From NCBI GenBank assembly GCA_964016885.1, contig OZ024742.1:241614001-241678000 (forward strand): a stretch of DNA of 64,000 nucleotides, given 5' to 3'. Within the stretch, counting starts at the first letter, position 1; each line of letters starts with the position of its first letter. The stretch comes from Eledone cirrhosa. Its lineage: Eukaryota. This document shows positions 26,000 through 39,542 of the stretch, piece by piece. The notes beneath the pieces are model-generated. The model saw only the letters and a list, made by a program, of their open reading frames with translations, did no database searches and was not told the origin of the DNA. A program made the position numbers and the translations under genes.

Positions 26000-28250
26000 T
26001 TTAGAATTCAATAACAAAATAATCACCTACAGTACATGCATTCAACAAAACAATTATGGACACATGCAAAAAGCAAAAGAACAAAAAAACAAAAACAAAA
26101 AAAGAACACATCCCACAAAAGAAACATAAAAACTTACAACTGTAATTATACACTAGAAACAGCGAACATTATGAAAAACCTAGAACAACCTCAAAGACTA
26201 TACACCAAAACCACACACAATTAAAATAAAAACTAGCATCAAACAGCTGAACGAAAATACAAAAATTTAAACCACAGAAAAACCTGAAAAAAAACATGAC
26301 AAACTTTTGTATTTCACTTAAACTCAAAATTAGCTGTACAGCACTATATCGAGTAATTAGACTCGCCAACAACAATTGTTATACCAATAAAAACCTCAAA
26401 TAATATACCCATATTGCAACACCAAGCATATACCCTTATGAGATACTTCTCGAAAATTAGCCATCAAAAACCACATAAAGAATACAGGAACACAAAACGA
26501 AACATAATTGCCTTCCAACTAGACTACAATTTTCATCCCTTCCGTCCATCAAACTCCTAATAACCAATTAAGAAATCAATAAACTCCAAAGTTACAGAGC
26601 CACCCAAAATCAGATACATACACGTAGGGCTTGACTAAATCACTGAACTCTCTAATATCTGGTTTCAACAGTAAGGAAAGATTCTACCACACATACATTC
26701 CAAAGAACTCCAAAGTCACAGAGCCACACAAAATCACATACATACACGTAGGGCTTGAATAAATATCTGAACTCTCTAATATCTGGGTTCAAATGTGAGG
26801 AAAAATTCTCCAACACGTATCATTCTAAATGCGTCGACATTAGCAAAACTTTGGTTCAATATATTAACAAAATTACTTAAAGCCATATTCAAAAACGACA
26901 CAGAATACCGACGAATAAACTAACTGTCAGACGCCAAGCCTATGTAGTCTACAAGAACATTACTTGCAGAACCTGCAATTTTCCGAATGGGGTACCACAC
27001 AAATCCATACGTCTATCCACTCTTTCTGGGCACCAATTACACGAACTTCCTACACCTCCACAAAACATGTAGATAACTTTATAAGCATGTGACATCACAC
27101 TTACATCCATCAACTATTCTCCAAACATTGATGTATTACTATCCCAGCCCTACTTCAATCAACTAAAAACCTGAATCTACAATAACAAGCCTAAAGTAGT
27201 TCTTCTTCTTCTTCTTCTTCTTCTTCTTCTTCTTCTTCTTCTTCTTCTTCTTCTTCTTCTTCTTCTTCTTCTTCTTCTTCTTCTTCTTCTTCTTCTTCTT
27301 CTTCTTCTTCTTCGCTCACTTATTCCCGGGAAGGTCATGGTAGAGGACACATACAAAGTCCTCAAGTACGCCTTCCAGTGGGTCTTGTCTGAAGAAACCG
27401 CTTACAATTGATCCGGCTGGATCCCTAACTAAGACCAGCCGAGCCTATGGGTGTTATCCAAATATCTTGCACGGGGTCTACCACTGGGTCTCCTACCGAT
27501 TCGTTTTGCCCATAAAATCTATCCAGCGATTCTGTCTTGAGACATTCTAACTACATGTCTGTAATATTGGAGCTATGATATCTCAATTCGGAGAAATAGC
27601 GGCTCTACCTGAATCAACTCAATAATCCCCGAGCTACGCACTCTAGCGAGTAACGTTACTCAAAAGATCCTGAGGAACCCCATTTCAGCAGCTTGTATTT
27701 CAGTCATTAAGCCTAAGCCTGGATTTAATAGGTTCAGCCTAAAATTTGAGCAAATAAATCCACTCCTACCCTTTTTACTAGAAACACTATAGAACAACAA
27801 ATACAACTATTACACTCAACAACACTAGAAGTTATATTCAATTCCTCTACAATATTCACACCACACAATATTCACACCACACAGAGATGACATAGCAAAG
27901 AAAGTAAAACGACCGACCGACAGACAGAAAGCAATCACATCACATGTATCACAATAGAAAGGAACAATAATAGTGTACAAACAATGTATTATTTCCATTA
28001 CGTACTAAACTCGTCTTATCTGGTCCCACATTTACTCCGCAAACATGCAATAAACTACAAAGGACACAAAACAGAATAATACGAATCATAACAAGTTCTA
28101 TATAGACCACACCCATTGACAACCTACAAAACGAAACAAGACTACTTAAAATAATATACCACCTGGACATGCGCATATCTTGTTGCTTCAATTCCCACAG
28201 TCCCTGACATTACATGAAAAGAACATGATATAAACATCCATACAAATAAA
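26000..28250 (+). mobile_element. Highly decayed I/Jockey-group LINE relic, interrupted by an RTE fragment; boundaries approximate
   Basis: A/C-rich strand; NGVPHKSI (GVPQGS-like) near 26986; KLQRTQNRIIRIITSSI*TTPIDNLQNETRLLKI at ~28052-28153; 124-bp tandem duplication at 26582-26826. Confidence 0.55.
27200..27705 (-). mobile_element. RTE-clade LINE 3' fragment with (GAA)n tail
   Basis: Minus: IQAAEMGFLR...VEPLFLRIE..LQYYRHVVRM...GRRPSGRPRARYLD; (TTC)n at 27200-27313. Confidence 0.85.
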
Positions 28251-28555
28251 TGGCTGCACCATAAATTACGTCAATAGACCTAAAGGCAACTGGGATGCAC
28301 ATCGCCAATAATGCACGTAAAGGACAACAAATATCGCATTCTGATTGCATTCAATTTGTTTCACTTCACTTTGGCCAACAACTACATAAATAAAGTGGAA
28401 TGTGAAGAGATTGCAATAAGTCGACAATGTCTATGGATTATGGTATTGAACATGGCGGAGACATGGTATAAATGGAAAGATGGATCTGCTTAGCGTTCGA
28501 CCAACTTACTTGCGTGCCATAAGATTGCTCAGCCTGAGTTGATCTGGTGCCTGAG

Positions 28556-28777
28556 AATAATGATTTCTAGGCCAGAAGGGGTCGGCGGGGGGGGGGGGGG
28601 GGGGGGTTGAAGTCGATTAAATCGAATTCAGTACGTTACTGGTGTTTTATTTTATCGATCCCTTAAAGATGAAAGGCAAAGTTAACCTCGAAGGGATTTT
28701 AACTCCGACCGTAAATGATCGTAACTCTATGCTGCAAAGCATGGTGTCCGACTCTCTACTAATACTGCCAATCCACC
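28556..28777 (-). mobile_element. tRNA-derived SINE (long-body variant with poly-G tract)
   Basis: Reverse complement of the consensus; degenerate TSD ctggtgcc..a.aataa. Confidence 0.85.
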
Positions 28778-29399
28778 TCCCTGGTGCCCTACAATAATAA
28801 CAACAATAACAATGACAACAGGATCAGCAACAGCTGCAATGAAAACGGCAACAACAAATTAATACAACAGAGATCAAGATATACACATTCATCTGATTTT
28901 GACATTGATAGTTAAAACCACTCGCTTCCCTTTCATATTTGATTTCAACTTGATCACTGAATGAGGCAATGACACTTACCGAAAACTGCTGAATTTTAGC
29001 AATGAGTTAGGCTTTATAACGTAAGTTCGAATCCCACCGGGAGTAGCATTTATTTTCATACATTTGTGTTTAATAAATAAATGTTAGTTATATTCTTATA
29101 TCAGTCTCTCAAGTATATAATACATTGCAGATTGATGTTCAACTTTGATATTAAAGTTGTTTAACCTCAGACTTGATTCCTCAGGCATATGACGAGGACC
29201 ACTTTGTAGCTTTATGGAGAGCTAGAAATATATTACGTCATGAGTCTTTCCCGATTTCGAGACGGAAGGTAATAATTTAAAGGAGACTTGACTGCTATTT
29301 CTAGCAAGTACATCGACTACGTAAATGCTCACACATTGACTCCTTAATATTATTGCTCTCGTTGATTTGAAGAGCCGTTAGAATGCCGGTTAGCAATAT

Positions 29400-29860
29400 G
29401 TTTTTCGGCACTTTACATTCTGAGTCCAAATCCTGCCGGGGGTCAATTTTACCTTTCATCGTTCCGAGTTCAATAAAATAAAGTACCAGTCAATTACTGG
29501 GGCAATATATAATGGACTCTAGACCCAGATCACATAAAAAAATGGCCTTGTGCAAAACTAGAAGCCATAACTTTACCTTTCATCATTACGGGGTCGATAA
29601 AATAAAGCACCAGTAATGCACTGGGATAATTGCTGGCCTTATGCTAAAAGTAGAAACAATTATTTAAGCGTAATGGATATGCTGAATCATTAGAACGTCG
29701 AACAAAATTCTTTGCTCTATTTGTTACAGCTCTTTACGTTCAGAGTTCCAATACCACCGAGATCAACTTTACTTTTCAACTCGTCAATTACTGGAGTCTA
29801 TTTAACCGGCTAACTCCCCCATAAAAATAAATGTGTGGCTTTGTGTCTATATTGGCACGG
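29400..29860 (+). mobile_element. Cluster of 2-3 degenerate or partial tRNA-derived SINE copies
   Basis: Repeated tttacctttcatc...aataaagtaccag core segments. Confidence 0.7.
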
Positions 29861-29967
29861 ATTATTGTTATTGTAGCGATGTTATTGGTAATGGTCGTCG
29901 TGGGGTGTCTGACAATCTACATTTCTTAGTTAAATTACTTGCACTATCTAGTTATTTAGCATTGCAT

Positions 29968-30255
29968 GGCTTAGTGGTTAGAGCATTCGGCTTGCAATCG
30001 GAAGGTTTAGTGGTTAGAACATTGGGCTTGCAATCGGAAGGTTTAGTGGTTAGAGCATTGGGCTTGCAATAGGAAGGTTTAGTGGTTAGAGCATTGGGCT
30101 TGCAATCGGAAGGTTTAGTGGTTAGAGCATTGGGCTTGCAATCGGAAGGTTTAGTGGTTAGAGCATTGGGCTTGCAATCGGAAGGTTTAGTGGTTAGAGC
30201 ATTGGGCTTGCAATCGGAAGGTTTAGTGGTTAGCGCATTGGGCTTGCAATCGGGA
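29968..30255 (+). repeat. Tandem array of 8 x 36 bp made from a tRNA-derived SINE head (A-box plus anticodon arm)
   Basis: Unit ggtttagtggttagagcattgggcttgcaatcggaa, starting at 29968, 30004 ... 30220; no spacers. Confidence 0.92.
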
Positions 30256-30520
30256 AATGCGTTGTGTCCTTGAGAAAGACACTTTATTTCACGTTGCTCC
30301 AGTTTACTCAGCTAGTTGCGACGTCACTGGTGTCCAAGCTGTATAGGCCATTGCCTTTCCCTTGGACATGATCGGTGGCGTGGAGAGGGTAGGTTGGAAT
30401 GGATGGGCCACTGCTGTTCTTCCACAAACAACCTTGCTCGGTCTTGTACCTCGGAGGGAAACTTTCTAGGTACAAATACCATGGTCATTCGTGACCGAAG
30501 GGGGTCTTTACCCTTTTTTA
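30256..30520 (+). mobile_element. Body of a second SINE family (CORE-like central domain)
   Basis: gcgttgtgtccttgagaaagacacttt motif directly after the amplified head; degenerate relatives near 33200 and 41870. Confidence 0.65.
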
Positions 30521-30651
30521 CCATTGCATTCTGACCTGCACTCCGCATTTAGAATGTCTCGGAAGTTGTGGTTGATATACCTCTCTTATAAAATCTTGTG
30601 AATTTGTGTCACTATAAAGAACCTTTATTAATTACTGAAGTTCATTAGAAC

Positions 30652-30850
30652 GGTGGATTGGCAGTATCGGTTGAGTTTCGGACACCATGCTTCGCAGCGG
30701 AGAGTTACAGCCCTTTACGTTTTGAGTTCAAATCCCGCCGCGGTTAGCTATGCCTTTCATCCTTACGGGGTCGATAAAATATAGCATCAGTAATGCACTG
30801 GGATCGATTTAATCGACTTTCTGGCCTTGTACCTAAAGTAGAAACAATTA
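30652..30850 (+). mobile_element. tRNA-derived SINE
   Basis: Family consensus. Confidence 0.88.
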
Positions 30851-31699
30851 GTTACTTAATTTCATAAAGACACCAGCAAATACATTAGAAGGAATCTCTC
30901 TATTGCCATACGACATATTAGAAACAACATTCAAATTTCACTTAAATCTCACCAATCTTTGTATAGGTTTACACAATCAAGGTTGCTATAACCAACTGCA
31001 TGTAAATAACAAGAACTGCAATATGCCTATTGGCTGTAATCCTGGCGGAAAGTCAAAGTTTGTTGTATTTTCATCTGTGAAAAAATCATTTCATTATTAT
31101 TGTTTTTTCATTTCAAACATTCAACTTTGAACAATTTCTAAAATTCACTGTTCTTTTCCGATTGCGTAAAAATCCTAGTTGATTGATTCGTTGGTTCAAA
31201 ATGAATGACGAAATCAATGGATTCCACTTCCTTTCGTTGAGATCCGGTAGCGCAGATTATGACACTGGTGACAGCAAACGCAGGGTTTATAAAAAGAAAA
31301 AAAAACTAACAACAATGGCTGCCCATTAAGAACATATTCAAAAACATAACGAATTTTAAATCAAAAGCTGCTAAAGAAATAGTTGAAGCTCATTGTAGAA
31401 GTTAACAATAGCATTTGAAAGAACCCAACAAAGGCAGCAACAGCAAGAAACAAACAAACAAAATCTTGCAAGTGAAAAAATGCTACAGCAATACTAATGT
31501 CTATAACATCATCGTAAACAACAAAAACAACAAGAACAAATAAACAATCAAAAGGAAATATAGCAGACAATAAAAAAACAACAACAAAACATTTATCAAC
31601 AGCAATAGTATTATTGTGTCCGGTAATATTGGTGATATCAATGGCTGTTATGGATGAGGACGATGATGATGATAATGATAATGATGATAATAATGATAA

Positions 31700-32025
31700 T
31701 CTTCCTCTTCTTCTTCTTCTTCTTCTTCTTCTTCTTCTTCTTCTTCTTCTTCTTCTTCTTTGTCCAATTATTTCTTGGAGAGTCGTGGGGGCAGAGTCCT
31801 TAAGCACACCTTCCAGCAGGTCCTCTCAGAAGCAACCGTCTCCAATTGGACCAGTTGGATCCTCAACCGAGAGCAGCCGAGCTCATGGATGTTATCCAAT
31901 AATCTTACTCGTGGTCTTCTCTGGTTTTGCCCGTAAAATCTGTCCAGCGATTCTTTCCTTAAGTATTCTAGGCGCATGTCCGTAATATCGGAGCTGTGGT
32001 CTCTCAATTTGGAGAAGTAGCAGTT
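31700..32025 (-). mobile_element. RTE-clade LINE 3' fragment with (GAA)n tail
   Basis: LLLQIERPQLRYYGHAPRILKERIAGQILRAKP; homologous to 27314-27610. Confidence 0.8.
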
Positions 32026-33594
32026 TCTTTTTGTTGCCTTTCATTACTACCAAGTCTATGGTAGAAAAACACATAAATATGGGTTTCTTATTCAGAAACA
32101 CATGGCTGCAGCAAACCACATAAACATCCACATCGTCTTAGTTAAATTTTGTTCAAGCGTTTTAATGTTGAAATATTAAAGTACCGAGAGAGGATGTATA
32201 AGCTTATGTGTTGACTATATCGAATTAAGAACCTCACTGTAAACCTTTTTGTTTAGTCGCACGTAGAAGATTTATCTAGTAGACATATGATTAAAGACAT
32301 TCCAACGATAAACACCCTCTATTTTATCAGGCATAATGAATCTAAAAATAAATTATTCAATATATCCACCTCTCTTTTTAAGAAGACTGTTTTTCAAGTA
32401 AAATCATCTACGTCAGTTTTAACTTAACATTATTAAACCATTGCCTAAAAGAGCTTATGATAAAAGGTCTCCAGACGTACTTTTATGGTTTTCTATGATG
32501 ACATAATTTCTTTCAAATGTTAGGGTGCGATGTGAAGGATATGTGGCAGCTGTTTTCAACAGAACGAGCAACTATAAAAGGATCTCTACACCACCGAATA
32601 CCTTTATTAAGAGGTCTGCATCTCCTCATTACAAAATCCATTCGTTTCGTAACTCAATTTTATGCAATGATTTAGATAAAATCTCTATACAATTTTCTCT
32701 TTTCCTATCTTTACCTACTCACCTATTTACTTTTATTATGAATTATTTATGTAATTAACTTCTTACATATATAGATACCTACCTACTTTCCAAATTAGCC
32801 ACCTATTTACCTACATACTGACCAATCATATCAAAGAGTTATCGACACATTGAGGTAACTAAATTTTTGTCAACTCATTCACCCAATTCATTTCACTTAA
32901 CGCCTCATCGGATAACAACACACGCACATACTCTCACACACATGCTCTCTATCACACACACACACACACACGCACACATACACACATATACACATACACA
33001 CACACACACACACATATACACACACGCACGCACACGCACATACGCAACAATTTATTTGTTTCTTTCGCAAGTTTCTTGGTGTGAACCGTGCGCCGACAAC
33101 ATATATTGTATCTGAGGATGTCAGCCTGTTAATATTTACACATATTGGCTGTGAACAACACGTTAATTAATTAACGAGTTAATTAATCAATTATAGCCAT
33201 GAGTATGGTTTTGTGGTTAAAGTGCTCGCTTTGTAATCATGTAGTCCTGAGTTCAGTCCCGCTGTACAGCACCTTGGGTAAATGGCTTCTGATATGGACC
33301 GTCCGTAATATCTGTCCATCGGGTTTAAGTCATCATTCTTCAATGAAATATAGCTGAAACGAAGCTATATGAACGAAATTGTATGAGGCTTGCTGGGACT
33401 CAAAAAATTTAGAACGGGGAAACGAATAAGTTGTATTAACGGATAAGTTATATTAAATGGACCTACAATTTATAACATTTCAAAAGCGCTGGCTTAAAGT
33501 TTAAATAACGAAGTCGTTTGTATGCCTGTGATATTTCACCGCTAAACCTGAGTAACATTGATGAGCTAGATTCGAGACTGACACACACACACAG

Positions 33595-33647
<53 letters not shown>

Positions 33648-33695
33648 AACACATACACGCACACACACATACATATATATATGTAAATACATCCT

Positions 33696-33731
<36 letters not shown>

Positions 33732-33760
33732 AACACAACTCCAGGTGTCTAGTACAGGTA

Positions 33761-34737
33761 ATCGATTACCTGTACTAGACACAGAGCTCTGGTTAGATAC
33801 CATTAACAACCAAAAACAAATCCTCCATTCCCATTATGCCAAACCCATGACTTCCAAACATCTGATCCACCGAAACTCGGCCATTTCGGACCATACCAAA
33901 ATCAACATACTGATTGCGGATTTGGTACGGGTGATGAGAAATGTGTCCCGCATGTGCAACCCCGAAGAACTAGAGAGACACATACAACACTTCATCCACC
34001 GTATGCAGTTCTCTGGCTACAATCAGAGAGATAGAATCAGAGTGTATAGAGGAGCCAGAACCAAATGGGAAAAAATGGTAAATAATGACATAAATGGGAC
34101 CTGCCCCTTGTATAGGAGCAAATTTTGGAATAGAATAGAAAGAACTAGGAACAAGGCTAATAGAATAAACTCATGGTATGATAGCAATAAATACCAGAGT
34201 GTAATGTTCATCGATACAACCCCTAGAGGCGAACTAGCCTACAAATTTAGAAGGGCCCTAAATAAACATAAACTCAATATTAAGATAGTAGAAAGACCAG
34301 GTACCTCCGTAAAAACACTTATTAGCAAGACATACCCTTTCCAAAGACCCTTATGTATAGATAAGAAATGTATAACCTGTAAAATAAGCCCCCATATTAA
34401 CTGTAAAACTAGAAATGTAGTGTATAGCATAAGATGTACTGAAGGACAATGTAGAAACAAAAATATAGTGTACATAGGTGAGACAGCTCGTAGTATAGGG
34501 GAACGGATAAATGAACACTGGCGAGACCTTCAAGATAATAAAGAATCATCTGTACTCTACCAACATGCTAAGATAGAACACAAGGGTGAATTAGAGAACA
34601 TAGAAATAAAAATAGAATCTACACACAGAAAAGATGCAATGTTTAGACAAATTACAGAGGCAATAAACATAAAAGAATTACAACCAAAATTAAATAGAAA
34701 ATATGAGTGGAACAGCAACATCACAACTTACAATTAA
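33761..34737 (+). pseudogene. 5'-truncated Penelope-like element ORF (PLE-A): RT C-terminus/thumb, Cys-rich linker and GIY-YIG endonuclease (Neptune/Nematis-like), frame uninterrupted
   Basis: LPVLD, SGY, PLYRSKFWNR, CxxxxCxxC linker, VVY..C...YIGET.R....R..EH, H....H, RQITEAI, LNRKYEW. Confidence 0.92.
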
Positions 34738-34949
34738 GGACAAAATGAAAACACACACACACATAGAACAAACAACCAACCAATAACATGTAAATAAATA
34801 AATAAATAAACAAATAGATAAATGAACATAAACACACACAGACACCCGGATGTGGCGCATGCGCAAACTGAGCACACAACACACACACAGAAACAAAATG
34901 GCGTAGGACAGAACAAAGGAGAGGCACGGAGACAAAGAAAGGAATCCCC

Positions 34950-34994
34950 AGTCACTGAAGAGGTCACAGAGTGTGTGACGAAAGGACTATGACT
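34950..34994 (+). ncRNA. Minimal type I hammerhead ribozyme in the PLE-A 3'UTR, intact core
   Basis: agtca-CTGAAGA-g gtcaca gagtg tgtgac-GAAA-ggac-TA-tgact. Confidence 0.88.
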
Positions 34995-35159
34995 ATATAT
35001 AAACAACTATCTGGTTGTGGAACCAACCAACCAACCAGAAATTTATAAGTTTATAAATTTGTAAATTTATAAATATATAATAAATTGAAGTGAAACCAAC
35101 TGGTGCGTGTGTTTCTTATTGGCAACATGACCCTCCCAAAGTATAACAATATATATATA

Positions 35160-35247
<88 letters not shown>

Positions 35248-35280
35248 ATTATTAAGGTCAGTTATTACAACTGCGCCAGA

Positions 35281-35329
35281 CCAGATACGTGCGTTTCGTT
35301 GGACCGGTGAGCCAACTTGTTCAACCTGA
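35281..35329 (-). ncRNA. Degenerate hammerhead-like motif in a TA-adjacent segment
   Basis: cagg-TTGAACAA-gttgg..ccaac-GAAA-cg ca cg-TA-tctgg; the CUGANGA box is corrupted. Confidence 0.5.
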
Positions 35330-35533
35330 ACCGAAAAGGTTGTGGTGTTGATAAGGTTTTAATTATATTAAAACTCGTCCTACAACTTGTGCTTCTGTAT
35401 ACTTCGGATATCTTTACCATCACACACACACACACGCATGCACACACACACACACACACACACACCTATATATACATATACACACACACATATATATATA
35501 TATATATGTATACATACACACACACACACACAC

Positions 35534-35582
<49 letters not shown>

Positions 35583-35583
<1 letters not shown>

Positions 35584-35974
35584 GAGGGCAATCCCAAAAG
35601 TAAGGTCTCCTTCAGATATTACAACTTTTCCGTTAAAATCCTGTGGATGGTGCTTCGGGAAACCTCAGGAACCAAAATGCAGAGAACTCCAGAGTGATCC
35701 GCCGATCTTTACGCATGTTTTCCTCGGAAGGAGACCTTACATTTGGGATTGCCCTCTGTATAATAGCTGCGCGAAATTCGCACTTGGCAGTAGCGTTCAA
35801 CGGAAGCTCCATTCTCAACGGCTACCAAGCCAAGATTGAGCATCCCAGCGAATCGCGTGCATGCTTGTTTGGGAGTGAAGGAAGCACCAATCACAACAGT
35901 GTTACCAACAGCCGTACGAACAGTTTCTCTGTGTCCCCATCGCTTTGGAGACCTTACTTTTGGGATTACCCTTG
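35583..35974. mobile_element. Mariner-derived composite: ~175-bp MITE (35583-35757) joined to the 5' end of a related mariner (35761-35974, minus)
   Basis: Three copies of TIR cgagggcaatcccaaaagtaaggtctcc; minus-strand MELPLNATAKCEFRAAI resembles a mariner transposase N-terminus. Confidence 0.8.
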
Positions 35975-36159
35975 TATATATATATAACACAAGGGTATGA
36001 GTGCATGTGTGCCCGTGCGCCAGTGTGTACACATACGTATACAAGGGGTTCAATGTAATGATATATTTAGATATATACTTGTATTATTATCTATACAGTT
36101 TTATCAACAAGCATGTATCCAGCCCTTTAATATTTGCGCCTAGAATACAAATACACACG

Positions 36160-36253
<94 letters not shown>

Positions 36254-37241
36254 CTAGCAGCTGAGCCCGGTTGCACCCGGGGTCACTTTTTATTAAGTTA
36301 ATAATTTGAAAAATATTATTGAAAGTTTATTATAAAGAAGCAGTTTCAGGAAAAAAAAATAGAAATATGCACTTGGGCTGGACGGTGTACATTGTCTTAT
36401 TTCGCTGTTAATAAACTGTCGCCTTCTACAATACGTTTCATTTTCAGTTTTCATTTACAGTTGTTCTATATTAAATTTAAATACTTCTATAGCGATCATA
36501 CAGTACCGTTTTATCAAATCGATTCTGCAGTAGAATTTTACGAAATGCCAAACCGAAAAAGGTCACTGTTTCTAACAAAAGAAATAAAACCCTTACATTG
36601 CGAATCCCCTGTTCTAATACTGGGGTTAGTTATTTCCCCCTCTTCTAATAAACGTCTAATATATAGAGGCCCCTCTTGCTGACCAGGGCAATCAAAGTGT
36701 AAACAATCATACAAACCATCATAATCTGCATTTTCAAACTTGCATATCATCGACATTGCTATTTCACTGTTAATAAACAACGCTTTTCACGTCGCTCCAC
36801 TTCTCATTGTACGCCGTCCAGCCCCAAGTGCACATTTCTATATTTTTTCCTGAAACTGCTTCTTTATAATAAACTTTCAATAATATTTTTCAAAAACAGC
36901 GAAAGAACGTTGTGTTTGATATGTTATGAAAAAATTGATGAGTTTAAAAATTTGTATGAAATTGTAAATAAGACTACGAAATTGAAAGCGACTACGGAAA
37001 ATAACTCATCCAAGTATTAGAACAGGGGGAAAGAACTCACCGGAAGCGATAGTAAATAGACCGTTTGGGGGCCCTAGGGACCACATTTTTCAAGTTAGAG
37101 ATTTGAAACCTCGTCTATTTGCTTCCTAGACACTTTTTACATAGATGCGTAAATTTTCATGTCCGTCCGACCTCGTCTACTACCATTTAACCGTGCACAA
37201 CTGAATTTCAACCACCACCCATTTCACAAATATATTTTAGA
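36254..37241 (-). mobile_element. Non-autonomous Helitron-like element
   Basis: Minus strand begins TC and ends with hairpin cccgg-gtgcaa-ccggg then CTAG; sits between A and T; no TSD. Confidence 0.75.
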
Positions 37242-37354
37242 TATTGGCTTACGTCGGTTCAAGTTTTAAAGTTAAGTCTTGACTTCTGGAACCGACTAAC
37301 GACGTTGGGTGATATATAACTATATATTTATATGTATGTATACATAGATACATA

Positions 37355-37473
<119 letters not shown>

Positions 37474-37530
37474 ACGTACACACACACACGCACACACATA
37501 CACACGTACACACACACACGCACACACACA

Positions 37531-37561
<31 letters not shown>

Positions 37562-37563
37562 CA

Positions 37564-37607
<44 letters not shown>

Positions 37608-37901
37608 CATGTACATATTTATATGTATCTATGTTCGTGTATGTGTGCGTGGCTTCGTGCGGAAGGGCGTATATATGTATGTGGAAGGTTGTGGTGTTGA
37701 TAATGTTGTTGTTTAACCCAAGGCCAGCTCTGGTACTGCAGACCTATGATCAAGAAAGTTTATAATAAAACCAACCGCTTTTTCGTTCATGACACAACGT
37801 ATCTAGGAATATATTATCGAATATGTGCTTTTCCTTTATAATGGAAAGAAAGGTATGAAGAAGACACAACTACTAATTCTAGCAGATCGAGTATTCACAT
37901 T

Positions 37902-38096
37902 AACACCTGCCAACCTCTAAAAACCCAAAAGGAGAGTACCATGAAAAAAAGTGTCCCAAAACGGGGAGAAATAGGGCAAAATGGGGAGATTTTACATAAT
38001 GAAAGCTATATCCATTTTCACAAGAGAAGACATTTCTCATCCACACCAAAGCGGGTGGGGGATCCCTACATTGGACGGGGAGAGTTGACAGGTCTG
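37902..38096. mobile_element. ~195-bp hAT-like MITE, second copy
   Basis: Termini acctgccaac / gttgacaggtctg; homologous to 18769-18963. Confidence 0.7.
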
Positions 38097-38708
38097 CATT
38101 GAGTAGGGGTGAGGATAGCCTCACCTATATTTAAATTTAAAACCTAATGTCAGAGTTTATAGAGACTATAAAACTCACCCCTCAACAACACTGTAATTTA
38201 ACTTGTAACATCATGTAAAAACATCATGTAAAATATGTAGAAAAAATATCTATAAACAGTAATTCAAATGTTTATAGTATATTTTCCAAGGACAGATAAA
38301 TGTGTAAATTTATTGTATTAAAATCACAACTTGAATTTTTAATGTGATGCAGTAGTAGTGCTGTTATTTAACTTTTCCAAAATGTCTTGTTGATGTGGTT
38401 TTATGTCAAATTTCTGATGCACTATAATTTTCAGTCACTCATATACTGGCAATTGGCCTCCGGAATAAATTTACCAATATTCCGTTTTGTAGAAGTATAC
38501 GTAAACCAGTAAAATTACACGCAATGACATACACCCATATATACACACACACACGCACATATATATATTTATATGTGTATATATATATATCTATGGATGT
38601 ACGTACAGACAGACACACACATACAGAGACTCACAGACACACACCTATATATATATATTGTGTATATATATATACATAGGTGTTTGTGTATATATATATA
38701 TATATATA

Positions 38709-39542
38709 TTATAATTTAAAAAATATATGATCAACACTACTGTGTTTTTTTTTGCAAAATGACAATAATTTTTTAGCCAGATAGAAATACCTTAATTCAA
38801 GTACATATAGTCCGTCTGTATCGATCTAGAGAATATTAAATATTAAATCTATACTTACAGACGTAAAATGGCAACTGCCTGGTGCCTAGACAAGTTTAAA
38901 TTTCAAAATTCAAACCTTTTCAGCAGATCGGGCGGAACTTCAAAACATAAACCTGTTTCACAAGGGATGTTATACTAATGAAATAATTAATTAATTACGG
39001 AACAACTATTTATAAAATAATTATTAGTGAAGTAATCAATTTTCTGTGATCTTCAGTAGGCACCCAGAAATTAAAATCACTTCTCCTAAGATAATATCTT
39101 AAGACTGATCTGTCGCAAGCCTAATACATGTGCTTTTGCACACGACCTTCTCAGCATTCTGGCTCATATCCATGGCGCTAGAAATAGCAGCCGTGAATAT
39201 GTGATTATGAATTCAGCTCAACCGTAGGAGCAGATTAATTTCAGTTTAGTAGTCAGTTACAAATATTAAGCTCTAAGAAAATACTTCTGAGCATTACATT
39301 ATAATTTAAAAAAATATATGATCAACACTACTGTGATTTTTTTGCAAAATGACAATAATTTTTTAGCCAGATAGAAATACCTTAATTCAAGTACATATAG
39401 TCCGTCTGTATCGATCTAGAGAATATTAAATATTAAATCTATACTTACAGACGTAAAATGGCAACTGCCTGGTGCCTAGACAAGTTTAAATTTCAAAATT
39501 CAAACCTTTTCAGCAGATCGGGCGGAACTTCAAAACATAAAC

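Larger units (their letters stand above)
33745..35150 (+). mobile_element. Penelope-like element PLE-A insertion (5' snap-back palindrome, ORF, 3'UTR with hammerhead) between TA/CA microsatellites
   Basis: ORF plus HHR plus terminus ccctcccaaagtataacaat shared with three shorter copies. Confidence 0.9.

Noticed and set aside
29968-30255. 36-bp repeats resembling a CRISPR array or tRNA gene cluster
   Set aside because: Units are contiguous with no spacers, there are no cas genes and the context is eukaryotic; there is no T-arm or acceptor stem, so they are not tRNA genes
31361-31985. ORFs with poly-D/poly-L/poly-R tracts resembling a signal or membrane protein
   Set aside because: Derived from (GAT)n and the (GAA)n tail plus the antisense strand of an RTE fragment
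36538-36780. 80-aa ORF inside the Helitron-like element as a captured gene
   Set aside because: No recognisable domain, and part of it is an inverted paralogue of element-internal non-coding sequence
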